Source: Chrysomallon squamiferum
Taxonomy: Eukaryota > Animalia > Mollusca
Length of the DNA stretch: 64,000 nt
Direction of reading: 5' to 3'
NCBI GenBank assembly: GCA_012295275.1
Contig: CM022679.1
Span: forward strand, 23,684,001-23,748,000
The position numbers were made by a program, and so were the translations under genes. How positions within the stretch are numbered: the stretch's first letter is position 1; every line of letters begins with the position of its first letter. Below, piece by piece: positions 33,327 through 47,636 of the stretch. The notes below the pieces were generated by a model. It was not told the origin of the DNA, searched no databases, and was given only the letters and a program-made list of their open reading frames with translations.

Positions 33327-36300
33327 TTATCATAAAAGCTTGATAACATATTATAGTTCAGCATGTATTCAAACCCACAAATGGCAAAAATGGATAACAA
33401 ATACTTTTACAATGTTTCTGCATGTTTTTATATGTTTTACTTTGAAAACAGTAAATTTCTCATCTTGTTTCCACGTACACATTTTTTCTGGCTTAATTCT
33501 TGTTTCAGTATTATTCCTTTAACCAATCCAGTTAGCATATTTATCTAGCACAATGATTCAAAACAAACTGACCTTTGTATCATAGCAACCAATCAACATG
33601 GGATCCTCTTTGATAAGGTCTCCTCTACAACAAATTGTGTTACAAGGATTCTTATCTGCATAGGGATCCTTCAAGTAATCTGAAATTAAAAGTAATATTA
33701 CAGTACATGTACACTAAATGTTTTTCAGATTGCTCCACTTCCCTTTTAGCTAGTCAAAATTAATTAATGTAATAAATTATAAAGTATTAATGTGTTTTCT
33801 AACCATTATATCTCATGATGTACTTTAAGGATTTCATGTCAGTCACATGTGCTTCATCTCTGCGGAATATTGTAGCCCGTGGTGCCATCTGGTAGGTGTT
33901 TTCCTGGCCAAATTGTTGAGCAAACTGTGGATAGCCACTCTTGTTGTAAATCTCTTCATAGAATGGCACGTTATATGAAGGCCAATATCCTGAGAAGAAA
34001 ACATTTGGTGGGAATAAGTTTATGTATGTATAACAAAATATTAATCCATTTTTATACCACTAGTTAATACATGGCAGACAAAGTTTTGTAATAGTTTGAA
34101 TGAGGAAATCCCTTTTTGCGTGCTACTCTTACCGACCATTATAATGAGATTATTCATATACACCTTCCCCAAAAAAGAAGAGAGCAAATGTTGTAAACTA
34201 GATCGACTACAGCTAAGACAAAATGCCTGGAACAGAAAATAGTTAAATGAGCTCATTAAAGAGAACTGATCTGCTGACAAATAAAATTGTGCTGTTGACC
34301 TTTGATCTGAAGGACTAATAGGGGAGAAGCACCTGACTGGAAAATCACAGATGTGAACATTAACCCTGAAATTACACATAACATCTATATCATCAGCAGT
34401 GTAATATACAGACATTAAAAACAAGGTAAACAAATGTCATATAGTATATGTAAAGACAAATGCACAAAAGCAAAATGTATGTCAGGTGGGTGAAGTCTGT
34501 CATGTTAGAATGGTTATGGGTCCTTTATAAAATTTACTCTTACCTTGACAAAAACTGAGTTGAGAGAGGGTTGCTGTGATCATATAGCAGAACTCAGAAT
34601 AACTTATATCTGAACCTCTTAAACTAACCTTCAAGTGGGGAAATAACTTTGTTTGTTCATATTTTATGGATTTTTCCATTTGTTCCACTAAAACACAATG
34701 TCCATCCAAAATGTCTTCTCAACAGTTTTATCTTTTTCAGATCTTTTCATTAAACAATTACCTATGTAAATAAACCTTTAAAATATAATTTTTTTTTTTT
34801 TTTTAAAGCTTTTCTGAATTTTACTAACCTGTTCTAATTTCTTTTTTTTGGTCTAGTGATTTTATTACATTTGGTATTTGTTAGTTATGGTTCCCACAAT
34901 AGACATCTTCCAAAATTGCATATCATTCCTTTTATTTTTTTAACTTTAATCTATGACCATTACTCATTATTGTATGTACCTTTTGGTGTAATAAAATGAG
35001 AAGCAATTTTACTTTTTTCAATTTTTCACTAAAGTCAAACTTCATTTGTCAGACAACAAATTTTTTTAGCTAAAAAAAGTGAAAGTTTTATTAGACATGT
35101 TGTAACCATGGTTCTGAATTATGCAAACACATCTTGTTAATTTGCATATCATTCCTTTATATTTAAATAATTTAAACATATTATAGTTATTAATTATTTT
35201 GGTGTCATACACATACTTTAATTTTTACTAATTTTTCAATTAAAATGCTGTTATTAATTATTACAGAATTCAAATTATGTATTAATTATTACCAGAATTA
35301 TACACACACTACACACTGTTATTAATTATTATGTTAGCTAGTACCAAACTATCACCAGAGTTCTACACAGACACTATTAACTATTACCAGAGTTGTACAC
35401 AGAAACATTTTTTTTGTCATTAACTATTACCAGTTATACCTAGACACATTACTATTACTGTTATTAACTATTACCAGAGTTGTATTTTGCTACAACCGCT
35501 GCCCACTCTTCTCCTGAATGTGCCATCATGTTTGCTGTTCTAACTCTCTGCCAGGCCAGCACAGATTTTGGTTTCACATATTTATACAAAGATTTGTCAA
35601 ATATTGAATTGGTCGTCTGTAACATTACCATCTGACTGCCAAGAAGATAAAAATCATCTATGGATTCTAGTAAACCTAAAATTAAATAAAATGTAACAAA
35701 ATTAAAACAAGGTATAATTAAAAAAAAATAAAAAAAAGTAAAAATGACACAACCATTGTTGTGGATATAACATTGCAATGGATTTATTTATAAATTATTT
35801 GGAAGAAAATGGTTAAATTTAAAAACATTAATAATAATATATTTTGCTTTAAAATTAAATGATTAAATATTACTTTAAAAATAAATTAATAAATAGTATC
35901 TAAAACATACCAGGATAACTAGAAAAAGACATCCGTTTTGATCCTGTGTATAGGTCGTCAACGTTTAACTTGTAATGTTTAAAGATTCTTGATGTTGCTG
36001 AATACATAAACCATGTTGAATGTGCCATGTAAATGTTTTCATAGGCTCCAGTCACCTACAAACAGAAAACAAATAATTAAAATGTTGACTGTGCCATGTA
36101 AATGTAATCATAGGCTCCATTCACCTATGAAATAATTGAAATGTGTGTGCCACATAAATGTTCTCAAAGACTCTAGTCACTACAAACTGAAAATAGATAA
36201 TATAAATGTCATCACAAATTCAGTAAATAAACAGAATAAAACAGTTAGTTTGTTGGATATAAATAGCATTTTCTAATCACCCACAATCAATGTAATGTCA

Positions 36301-38187
36301 ACAAAAAATTATTTCAAATCTACATGTATATATTATTAGATTCAAAACATACATAAAATAAATTAAAATCTATGCTGTGGCAAATGAAAAATAAATCTGA
36401 ATTAAACTAAGCCAGTAAGCTGACAAATGAGTAAACTTACTTTAACAAGAGCAGAACAGTGGCCATGTCGAACAAGATAGGACATGGCTTGCAATTTTGT
36501 CATCTGTGACCAGTTAGGAAAGGTCTCTGGAGAAATTGCGTAAATAATATCTTGCAGGTCACCAAGAGAATTCAGCATTTGAAAGTCAACAACATCCAGT
36601 TCCTTAAAAAAAATAACAACAAAAAATAAAATTAAATTAAAAAATTTACATAATAATCATAATAATAATAATAACAAACAAACAAATAAATAATATCAAT
36701 AACAATAGTTAAAACACAAATACAGGCAAAATAAATATTATCATCATCATCTGGTAAATACATGCCTACATTATATTATTAATTTCTACTAAATTACATT
36801 CACTATGACAGCTCCTCCCTTTTAAACAATCCTGAATTAATCCACGTCTGTCATAATCAGGAAAAGGAAAATAACACAAGGTAAGATATAAAAAAGGTTT
36901 ATTTAATGAAATCCTATTCCAATCATTTGGGATATTAAAATATACCTAAGACAGCGTTAATAATTTTTTTTAAAGAATGACAGTGAATAAAACCACTGAT
37001 ACCTACATCATAGAAAATATTAATAATAAATAGTGTCAGACTTGAACTATGAACTTCACCTTTCCTTTTGGTGCCACACTGCTATATCCTTCAACAAGAC
37101 CATCAAACTGTGCCATAATGTAACCAACATGGCGCCAGAAGGGATCATACATTTGATGTGTCTTTATCATTGTCCTTAGCCAGAAGTCTTGTTCTTTCAA
37201 CCATTTTCTTACTTTGACTTCAAGTGATGCAGTTTTACTTTTGAAAAATATTCCATGGATATTTTGGTAATGTTGGTAGATTCTCCTGGAGATAAGAAAA
37301 TTGAGGCATATGTTTTCTTAAATTATTACAAACATTATAGCGATTTAATAATACTTATTTAATATCTAGTAGACTAAATCTTCCAATAACATTAATTCAG
37401 TATTTGGTATTTAACTTTGCATTCACAGCCCATTGAGAAGTAGGTATGGTAAAAGCTACAACCCTCTCATATGTATGTTTCCACTGGGTTTTTTTTTGTT
37501 TGTGTTTTTTTGTATCCATTTTTCCATTTATCTACTTTATTATTTCTGTAACATACTCAGCAGTAAATTTTCCTTCCAGCAAACCAGCTGCAAACATGAT
37601 GTCGTAGTTGCTAACTTTTGGTCCAACACCAGCTGATATGTCCAGAATGCCCCATCCAGTGGTCAGCAGGGTGTCATTATACTGACCAAAAGCAGTTGAA
37701 CCCTTTTTATCAATGACTCCATCAAAATAGGTACACTTGCCAGATTTACAGTACACACTGCCCTTGTGTGTCTCTCCATTTACTGAAAAACATTATTATA
37801 AAGTTTCAGGCAATTTAAATTGACTCACCTGAAGATGGGAAGGTTCTAATCAGATCATGAGCAGACCTTAAGTTTACTATTGATAAAATCTAACCACCTC
37901 TTCAAAGTTTGTAACTGTATCTTGTCCTTTTGATAGGCTTATACACTGTTACTTAATGGTGTACAGTATTACAGTATCTTGTCATATTTATTGTCTTTAG
38001 ATCTTTAACACAGAAGGCGAGAGTGAGAAGATAAGAAGCGATCGACACAGAATGAAGACCAGGAGTCTGTATTTAATACATGAAAAACTGCTTTTAAGTT
38101 ACAAAATGTTATTAATAGTATGAATATCTTACCCAACAGTACACATGTGAGAAAACTTGTATAAACAAAAAAGTTCTTAAAAGCCAT
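32955..38187 (-). CDS. PLBD1: Phospholipase B-like 1, copy B (~542 aa if intact); exon 7 disrupted as assembled, so possible pseudogene or bad consensus
   Basis: Exons: 38187-38133, 37782-37557, 37285-37060, 36602-36441 (GHCSALVK), 36055-35911, 35675-35475, [34979-34829 degenerate: GTYNNE-stop, 151 vs 141 nt], 33989-33804, 33679-33573, 33134-32955. Exons 2, 4-6 and 8-10 have the same size and phase as in copy A. Confidence 0.88.
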
Positions 38188-38222
38188 CTATGATAATCTG
38201 TTTTATTTTGCTGAAATTAGAA

Positions 38223-38242
38223 TCACATGATAAGCACGTGAC
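38223..38242 (-). promoter_or_regulatory. Paired E-boxes (CLEAR/M-box type) upstream of PLBD1-B
   Basis: TCACATGA-taa-GCACGTGAC, with the same motifs and spacing as at 30784 although the flanking DNA has diverged. Confidence 0.7.
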
Positions 38243-40325
38243 TAACGATTACTTTGCACATTCCTCCTTTTCATAAAGCACCGAATCCAACAGGTCAGTT
38301 TAACAGATGGCGTTTTAGTTTTCAAATCCGGGTAACGTTGACGATTTAAGCAGGAATTGTTTTTGAAATGACCGATTCAGCTGTCCTTCATCTATTCGCA
38401 TAATCAAATTTCATATTAATTTTGCTTTCGTTTGCGAGTCGTACAACTCACATTTTTTTGTTTGTTTGTTTTTGTTTTTGTATTCAGTTTAAATTTTGTT
38501 TAACGAAAAATTCTAGGTGCTGATCATGATCCTTTTAGCAATATATTTAATCAGTTATTACTAACACACCTACTGAGTCATTCTCATAGAACACAAAAAC
38601 AAATTTTTTGGCTAATTGTTCAGTGTTCATGATACTGTTTTGGTGAGATTAATCTTGGGCATTTGAAGATTACAATATAGTTCTTTTAAACAAATTTATT
38701 TTGTAAAATATAACACTGTCCGATTCATTGTCACATATTAATAATAACAATAATAAATAAAATAATACATTGAAACGATCGATTGATCTATGGCATATCT
38801 GACGACCGATCTGATACTATTAATTCATCTTTATAAAGATAGGTTGATAACGTTTATAATCAAAATAATAATTAAATATTAAAATTCACAAAAACAACAA
38901 ACAAAATACAGAAAGAAAATCTATTTCATTTTTATCTAAAAATCTGTATGCAAACATTCCATTAAACAATGACTTGGAATGTAAGGTGCAAAATCGACAC
39001 AATCATGTAACAAACACAAACTTGCACATATTAAAACAATTCACACTAATAATACTGACATTTTTTTGTAGTAAATTAGTTCTGCACTCTTCATGTAAAA
39101 TATACTGAAAGATATAAAAATGTCTCTTTTATTTAATCAACAATTTCATAGAGAGAGAGAGAGAGAGATGACATACTCAGACATATACACACACCTGTCT
39201 AATTTGTTACAACAAAATATCAGCATATACATATTGAGAGAGAGACTTTCAATGCACTGCTTTAATTGCATCAACAACCTGTCTTTGTTGATAATAAAGT
39301 ATAACAATAAAATAACAACATTGTGAGAAAATCATCGGGATGACATCTTTATCCACTTACTATAAGAGTTTCTCACAGATAAAACCCCCACAATAAAACA
39401 ACCAAAAACAAACCGGGAGTAAAACAGCTTAGTAGCTGCATCCTTAATTTCTTAAGTAGCCTTTGCACATTTCCACATACAATGTGACACTGATTAAAAT
39501 GAAAATGTCAGTCTCCATGTGTTCTTATCCTATTTTAATAACATACTTTATTATTAACAAAGACTGTTCACCAGTCAGAAATCAATAACCTGAAATAATT
39601 CAAAATATATTTGGGATTTTACACACACACACACACACACACATCTGTGAACACACTTTAATGCTTTCATTCTGAAGGTAATATAAAACAATAGCACTTT
39701 GTAGATTGTAAAATAATTACTATTTACAAATGATTTTTAACCTAACTGATTATTCTTTGCTTTCGTAAATAAGGACACCACCCTCTGAAGTGACTCTTTT
39801 CCATTCATTTGCAGGGAGCAGGTTTTCTCCAGACATCTTGACCAGTTTTCATTATACATAAGTAACATTTCTGCTAGCAACATTTTATGCAATTTTAACA
39901 TGAACATGTTTGTTTTTGTTTTATTTAAAAAAAAACAAAATGACAACCTCAGGATTTTGTTTGTGTTTCTTGTTACAGTCCTGTTCTGTAAAAAATTATA
40001 TCAACACTTTTTAATGTTTTTTTAAATGAATGTCATGATTATTAATTGTTGTTTGATTTATTTTTTAATACCACTGGTAACTCAATGTCTGTGAATTTTG
40101 TATATATGCCATTTATTTTATGGAGTATGTCTATAGATGGACAGTTATAAACGGAGCTGTGTTTTGATTATAGCCCTTTTTACAAACTGCATTAATTTTA
40201 ATAACAGCTGTGTTAAGGCCAGCATACATTTTTACTTCTTTGGCTTCTGCTCACAGATTTTGTGTTCTGTAGCAGGCATCATCATTTCTCTTTCTTTTTT
40301 TAATATTATTATTTTTCTAACAGAG

Positions 40326-41780
40326 TCATGATGCTTTAGTAATATCTGCAAGGTAGCCATCTTGTGTATGATCCAATTGTAAGGTGGTGGGTAAGTTTGG
40401 TGGTTCGTTGTGGATCACTTGGTTTAATGACATCATCAAAGACATGCTTTCTTGTTGTTCTACCATCAAACTATCCACAGCCTCCTGAAATCTGCAGAAG
40501 TACAAACAAAATAGGTGCAATAACAGACTGTCCGGATGATTTAAACAATAAATAAATGAGTATTTACCAGTGTTTTGGAACAAAAATGCATGAGCAATAG
40601 ATAAACAAGAAAACAAATTCTGCTACTATAAACAATAAATATAATAACGGTGCTGATTATGCTAATAATAATGATACTAAATAGAATTGAACAATCAACA
40701 AATATGAGCTAAAAAAAACCCACATCAATCTGTTCTTAATCATGATTTTTTATGTGCAAACTGAAGTAATTGCAAATTAATAATCAGTCAAAATATATTA
40801 GTACATTAACTTAAAAAACCAAAACAAAATTGGAAATAAATGAAATATAAATAACAGAAAAAACCCAGCAATTAAACTGTTCTTAATTATTTTGAATATG
40901 TTACAACATTAGATATAATACATTAAAAAAATAATACATATTTGAGATTTAATTAAAAACTCCAAATGATTATTACAGCTTCTAATTCGTTATTTCTTCG
41001 GCAGAAGTAAATAAATGTCAGCACAATTATTTTCATCTTACAAAAACAGGGAACACTAAGTTACCTTCTAGAATTTGATTTCACTTCTTCAACCAAATGA
41101 AGAGATTCTGGATTGCCTATTGACATGTCAGAGGTTGGGCCTCCAAAACTGCCAGATGGGTTTGATACTTGGGAGACTGACCGGTTGAATGACACGCCTT
41201 GTCTCTCTTTCAACTGAAAACAAAAAACAAATAAATAAATAAATAGATAAACAAGTAAAAAAATGGAAAATAAAATTATATTGATTGAAAATGAATGGTA
41301 GTGTTTTACTAATATCATTGGTACTACTAAGACTGCTGCTGCTATTACTACTACTACTAATAATAATAAATCAAAAAAATATTTACATATTTAATAACAG
41401 ACACTACTAAACAGTATAGTAGTAGTAGCAGTAGTTATAATAATAATAATAATGATGATGATGATTATAAGAATAATGATACTATTTCTTTTGTAATTAT
41501 TATTACTAAAACACTTACAGCCAATTTAAGCATTTTCCAGATGTCTTGTTGTCTGTGTTGCTGCTGAGTTACCAGCTGCCCACTGGCTGCCTCTATTTCT
41601 TTGCAACATTCTTCGAGCTGTGGGATAACCTTCTGCAACTCATAACGACATGCTGAAATTTTCCTGTAAAACAAAGTAGACAAAATCAATAACATCAACA
41701 ATGAAAAAAACAAACAAAAATAAACAACTAATAAATCAAATTTAACAATACTATAATAATAATTATAATAATTATAATTC

Positions 41781-41822
<42 letters not shown>

Positions 41823-44398
41823 GTATTAATAATAGGAATAACAGGAACAATGATGATGATAATAAAAGAAATAGTAAAATTCCGAGAACTTAACCTTGAT
41901 GTGTGTAGAGAATACGCTAGATAAATTAAAATAGAGAAACCATCCTAGATGTATTAAAAAAATACAACTTAGATGTATAAGCTAGATAAACCAGAGAATC
42001 CACCCAGATGTATTAGAGAGTACAACCAAGATGGATTAAAGAAAACACCTTAGATATATTAAAAATACAACTTTGATGGATTAGAATACAACCTAGATAA
42101 ATTAAAGAACTCACCCTAGATGTGTGTACAGAACCATCACTGATTTGTCAGATTTGTCTCTCTGTAGAGAACTTTTAACAACAATTTGAACCATATCAGT
42201 GTGTTCCATCAAATTATTGCTTTCTGCAATGAGACACAGACATGCTTAACTCTTGAAATTTCAACATTAATACGACAGCCTGGTACTTTTAGCACAACTC
42301 CATTACTACTGTTACAATTCTGCTGCAAGTGCTAACATTTCCATAAGCATTACTTTTGCTAGTTCTACTACCACCATTACCATTACTATTGCTGCTACTA
42401 TAACAACTGGCGTTGCTATAAAATAATAGACGAGGCTGTATCATCCAGTTAATTTAGTTTATTTGCTTACATGTTACATCAGTCAAAATTAAATATTAAG
42501 GACATTGGAAATGTCAGTGCTTAAAAGTTCTTAAAAAGGTGGATGGTTTCTCATCCACTCTGTGTATGTTCTGTTATTTATGAAATTATTTCCACAGACA
42601 AAAACAACTGCATTCTATAAATATTTAGGCCAACATAATAAATAATTCACCTCTGTGTGCTATTAAATCTTCATACAGCTTTTTAGCCTTTTCCTCACTG
42701 AAATAAAGGAAAGAATAATGTCAAAGGATGGTAAATTCAATGACTGTGTTGTAGTATATAATGAACTGAGCCTAGATGTATTTTATGACTGTTTTACATT
42801 TGTAGTGGAAAATATAAATAAAGTTAAATATGTATGTATATATATATATAAAAATAGTGAAATGGATTTCTCTTTCAGATTAAATTTTTTTTTTTTTATC
42901 TGTCTTCTAAACATAATCTGTTGTAAATCCCACCATTCAACCAAAGCTTCATTCTCTTTCATCTTTGCAAAGGGACTGCGCTGTAACTGCATAATTTTTG
43001 TCTGTAGTGCAGTGCAGTGCTGATCAAGTCTGTTTACTCTGTCTTTCTGTAAAGTAAAAAAAAAACATTTTTTATTATCATTCATCATCACCATCATCAT
43101 GATCTTTTTCTTCTTCTTCTTCTTAGTATTTCTGTTGTTGTTATTATGTTATAACTATTATTATTATTAATAATAAATTAATTCTTTCATCATCTTTATT
43201 ATTCATTCATTTTATTATGTTCTTAAGAAATACTGGCTATCAAAATTTTCAAGTTTTCGAATTAGTAAATAGATGTGATTTCTCCTTTAATATATCTTAT
43301 TATTATTATTTATTTATTTATTTAAAGATTGTTTTCACAGCAACTGGAACAAATGTCAGAAAGTGAATATACCAGTTCTGAAAATCTTTCGATGTCTTCA
43401 TATGATTTCATCCATTTTCTAAATATTCTCTCTGATGCTGTAAATATGAAGAAATGATTGAAATTCAGTACACAAGTGTTGATCCATCAGTATGATAGTC
43501 TTCAATGGTTTTGAAAGCATTATTATCAAGTACATGCACTGTCAATAAACTAATGAACCAAACAAAAGGGTTAACTTTCTTATTTTCTAACCTAGACATT
43601 TAAAAGAAAATGTTTATGTTTATCATTATGTTTTGTTAATTTTTTATGCACTTTTTCTTTTTCATTTAAATATACACACATACACACACACATATATATA
43701 TATTGACATACATGCATATATGTATATGTATGTCTTTATATATGTATGTATATGTGTATATATGTATATATATGTATATATATATGCATTTATATGCATG
43801 CATATTCTATCTATCTACAAAGAAAGAAAAAAAAAACATATAACGAAAAAAAAAAAAAAAGATAAAACCACTCACTGATCCCACCAGCTGCTGCTTGTTC
43901 TTTATACTGGGTGACATCAAAATTCAAACTAAAAGTGCAAAACAAATTCTCAGTTTATATCAAAATATCATAAACTAAAACAATATTATTTAAGCATTTT
44001 CTTGAACAAAAATCTATTTCACACAGACATTCAATTACAATTTTAAAAAAATGTGTATCACTGAACAGAAATAAAAATAATTTTTTTTTAATTATGGAAT
44101 ATATCATCTAAATTAAAAAATGTCATTATTGACACCATATATTTTCCTATTTTGTTTTCAGTTATTAAACCTGTTGCTAAATTATCAAATTTTGGTTGTT
44201 ATTAAAAGGTTCAACAGTAGAGACTAATTCATTATAATTCAACAAGTCTGATTTACAGAATGGTTACTTTAAGTAACTCTAGTAACAACTACCTTTCTCT
44301 GAAATGATCCTTCCTAGCAAGAAGTTTTTCTATTTCCTTCAGCATATTCGTCTTCACTTTTAGTAACTGTGCATTTGTCCTTAGCAAGTTCAGCCTAA

Positions 44399-44445
<47 letters not shown>

Positions 44446-47400
44446 CAATAACAGTTATAATATTTATCAGTTAGGAAAGCATGAACTAAGCAGGATTCAT
44501 CAAAAGGGAAATAATCCAGTGACTATTTGTTTATCAACATATTTTAATGGGTGTTTTTTTTTATCAAATACATATTTTCTGTTATTTTTGGTTTTGTTTT
44601 TCTCAGTTATGAGAGAGGAAATCTGATGCTACTAAGCAATACTTTACTTTCACTTATTACATATCTTCCCAGGATGATGTACTAAATGTGGTGAATCAAC
44701 TATAAAAACAAAAAAAAGGATTATAAACTTATAAAATGTTGTGTCTCAAGCAGAGCCATAACAATAGTCTGTTTGGCACCTCTGTGGAGAATTGAACTTG
44801 TAAACTGTTGTGTCTCAAGCTAGTGCCCTAACCAGAGCTTGTTGTCACCTGAGGAGGACTGAACTTGTGACCATTATGACTGTGTTATCACATATACACA
44901 CTTTATTTCCATTAATATTAAAGTGAAATCAAAGATCTTATGTTTAATTCAACATAAACAGTTAGTATTTGAGCTGCAAGAAGCTTTTTTTCCCGAAAAC
45001 TTGTACCATCTAGACAACAGAACTACCAATATTTTCAACCAACTGATATACTCATAAAATGTTCAACCTTTCTGAATGGATTTCTATTGTCGTAATTTCA
45101 ATTTTACTTGATTCTTAGTAAATCTTAATAAAATGATGGTAGCACTATGAGTACATCAAGCATGTTTGAACAGTTATCAGATAAAAAGAATGCTGTTATT
45201 CTCACCATTGTTCAGTACTTACATCGCAGCTCTCTGCCCCAGTATAAGTCTTTTGTATTCTGTATTTTGTTCCTGACAAAAATAAACTGCTTGAGCCCAA
45301 GCCCTGCGCTGTTCCTAAAAAAAATTTAAAATTTTTTCTAACAAATCTACAGCTTTTTATAAGCAAGAATATAATAATTAAAATGAACAGTACTATGTAA
45401 TGAGAAAATGATTATAATGATAAATAAACTTTTAAAAATATAAGTATATAAATAATCAGTGTAATGGTAATGCATGTATGATATATTAAAATGACCAACT
45501 ATCATTAATAGATTTGGTTAACTGATAAATGTTTCCAATTTTTTATATAGTATCATGCGATATAATGCTTATGTGAGAATATTCTATAAATCTATGTTTT
45601 AAAAATAAATTCACTACATCTGAATAATATTTAATAATCAAATTAAATACAAATACTGTTAATATATATCAGTGATACTTAGTAAAAAATAACATTTTTA
45701 ACAGTTGAATAACAAAATCAAACTGTCACAAAATGTGCTTAATTTACAATACTTTTAATGAAGCAGTGACATATTATAATCAGTTAACAGTAATAATAAA
45801 ACCATATAAACAATGATTTTCTGTAATACCTGTATATTTTATCAAAAATATCATAGATAATCTCTAATAAATAAAGTAATCATATATAGATAGATAGAAA
45901 GATAGATAGATAGACAGATATATAGATATAGATAGATATATAGAAAGAAAGAGAGATAGATACAGATACAGATACAGATTCAGAGAGAGAGAGTTTAAAT
46001 ATTTACTGGAGTATTCAATATTGTTCTGGGTTGTTTAACTATTTGCTGGACTAGAGGTGGTAGCTGTTTTTGTTTATGAGGAACTGGAAATGGATCCACT
46101 TTTCTGAACAGAAACACCACCCACTCCTCTTGAATCTGAAATGAAATATACATATCATAACATATGTAAACACTGAACATTTTAAAACATTTTCTGAACA
46201 GATATACCATCTATTCATCAACTATCTGAAACAGAACTAAATATAATCATGTAAATATTGATAGATTTTAAATAAACATGTAAATAACAAAATAACTATT
46301 AACAATGAAAAACACCCTGAATCATACTAAACTGATAAAAATGCAATACGACACACTGGAATTTCTGTTATAACTGAAAGCAATGATATCCCAGGCCAAT
46401 GACAGAAATTCAGGATAAATTCATTATCTGTGAAATGAAGCTGAAATTGCAAGTCAGATTGTTTCAAACCTTCATCAGGCTACTGGTGTTTGAGTTACAG
46501 GTCAGACAAACAAAAATCATCTTCATTCATCCAGCCCATCTTCATGCTCCATTTGTGCCTACCTTGACAAAATGTCACACTGCCCACAGACGTGAATGGT
46601 GTAGGAGCACAAGAACTGCAGTATTCACTTCTGGTCACATGTCATGTTTTCAGATAAGTCAAGGTCACTGGTATGTACCACCTTGATAACATACTGACAC
46701 CCTTTGTCATCCTATTTGTTTGGGTTGATGTTTTACTTTCCTGGTCAAGAATGCCTGAGCTCACTGCGCACAAATCATCAGATCTTTCCTCAATTGAACA
46801 AGTCTGGGGCATAACATGGACACATGTGATCACAAAAATCAACCGTAATACTGAACTACCAGTTGTAATGTCTGCGCAGCTAATTCACTATTATCGGATG
46901 ACCATTTTGCACAGCTAATAAACAACAATTTGGGCAACTAAATTCTTATTAGAATTCCCCTATTTTGTTTTTAACAGTATATTTCAGATTATTTATCTAT
47001 CTCATTAATTTAAGCCTTCAGAAAAACATCCACTTAGCAATACTACCTGACTGATTTCCACCAGTTTAAATCATCAACACTTTGGACTTACAACCTCTGA
47101 TATAAAAATTTTAGCACTGACAATTACCGGTTCATTCCAGCATTGGGAAGCAGGGCCTGCAGGTGATGGAGCACTTCCACTGGCCAATAGAATGTCTTGT
47201 TGTATCACTGGTATTTTTGTCTCCTGTTCAATGATTTGCTGTAGGTCTGACATTTTGTATTGTTCAGTAACAGGGTATGATATAATTTGATTTGTCTCCA
47301 GGTTAAGTATGTGAACAATCTGGAAATAAATAAATAAATAAATAAATAAACAAACAAACAAATGCAAATTACAACGCTGATTAATAAATATTATAAAATG

Positions 47401-47588
47401 ACTTCTTACCTTCAGAGCAAGAATGTTTTCCAAAAGATTAAAACATTTTGGTCGTTTTGTCTCAGGAACAATTCCTCCACCTCTCTGATTTGGGTCCCAT
47501 CTTAGCATCAGCCTCAACCACTGCTCAAAGTAACCTTTCAGATTTCTGAAAATATACATACAATAGTAGTAATAATAATAATAATAAT

Positions 47589-47636
<48 letters not shown>

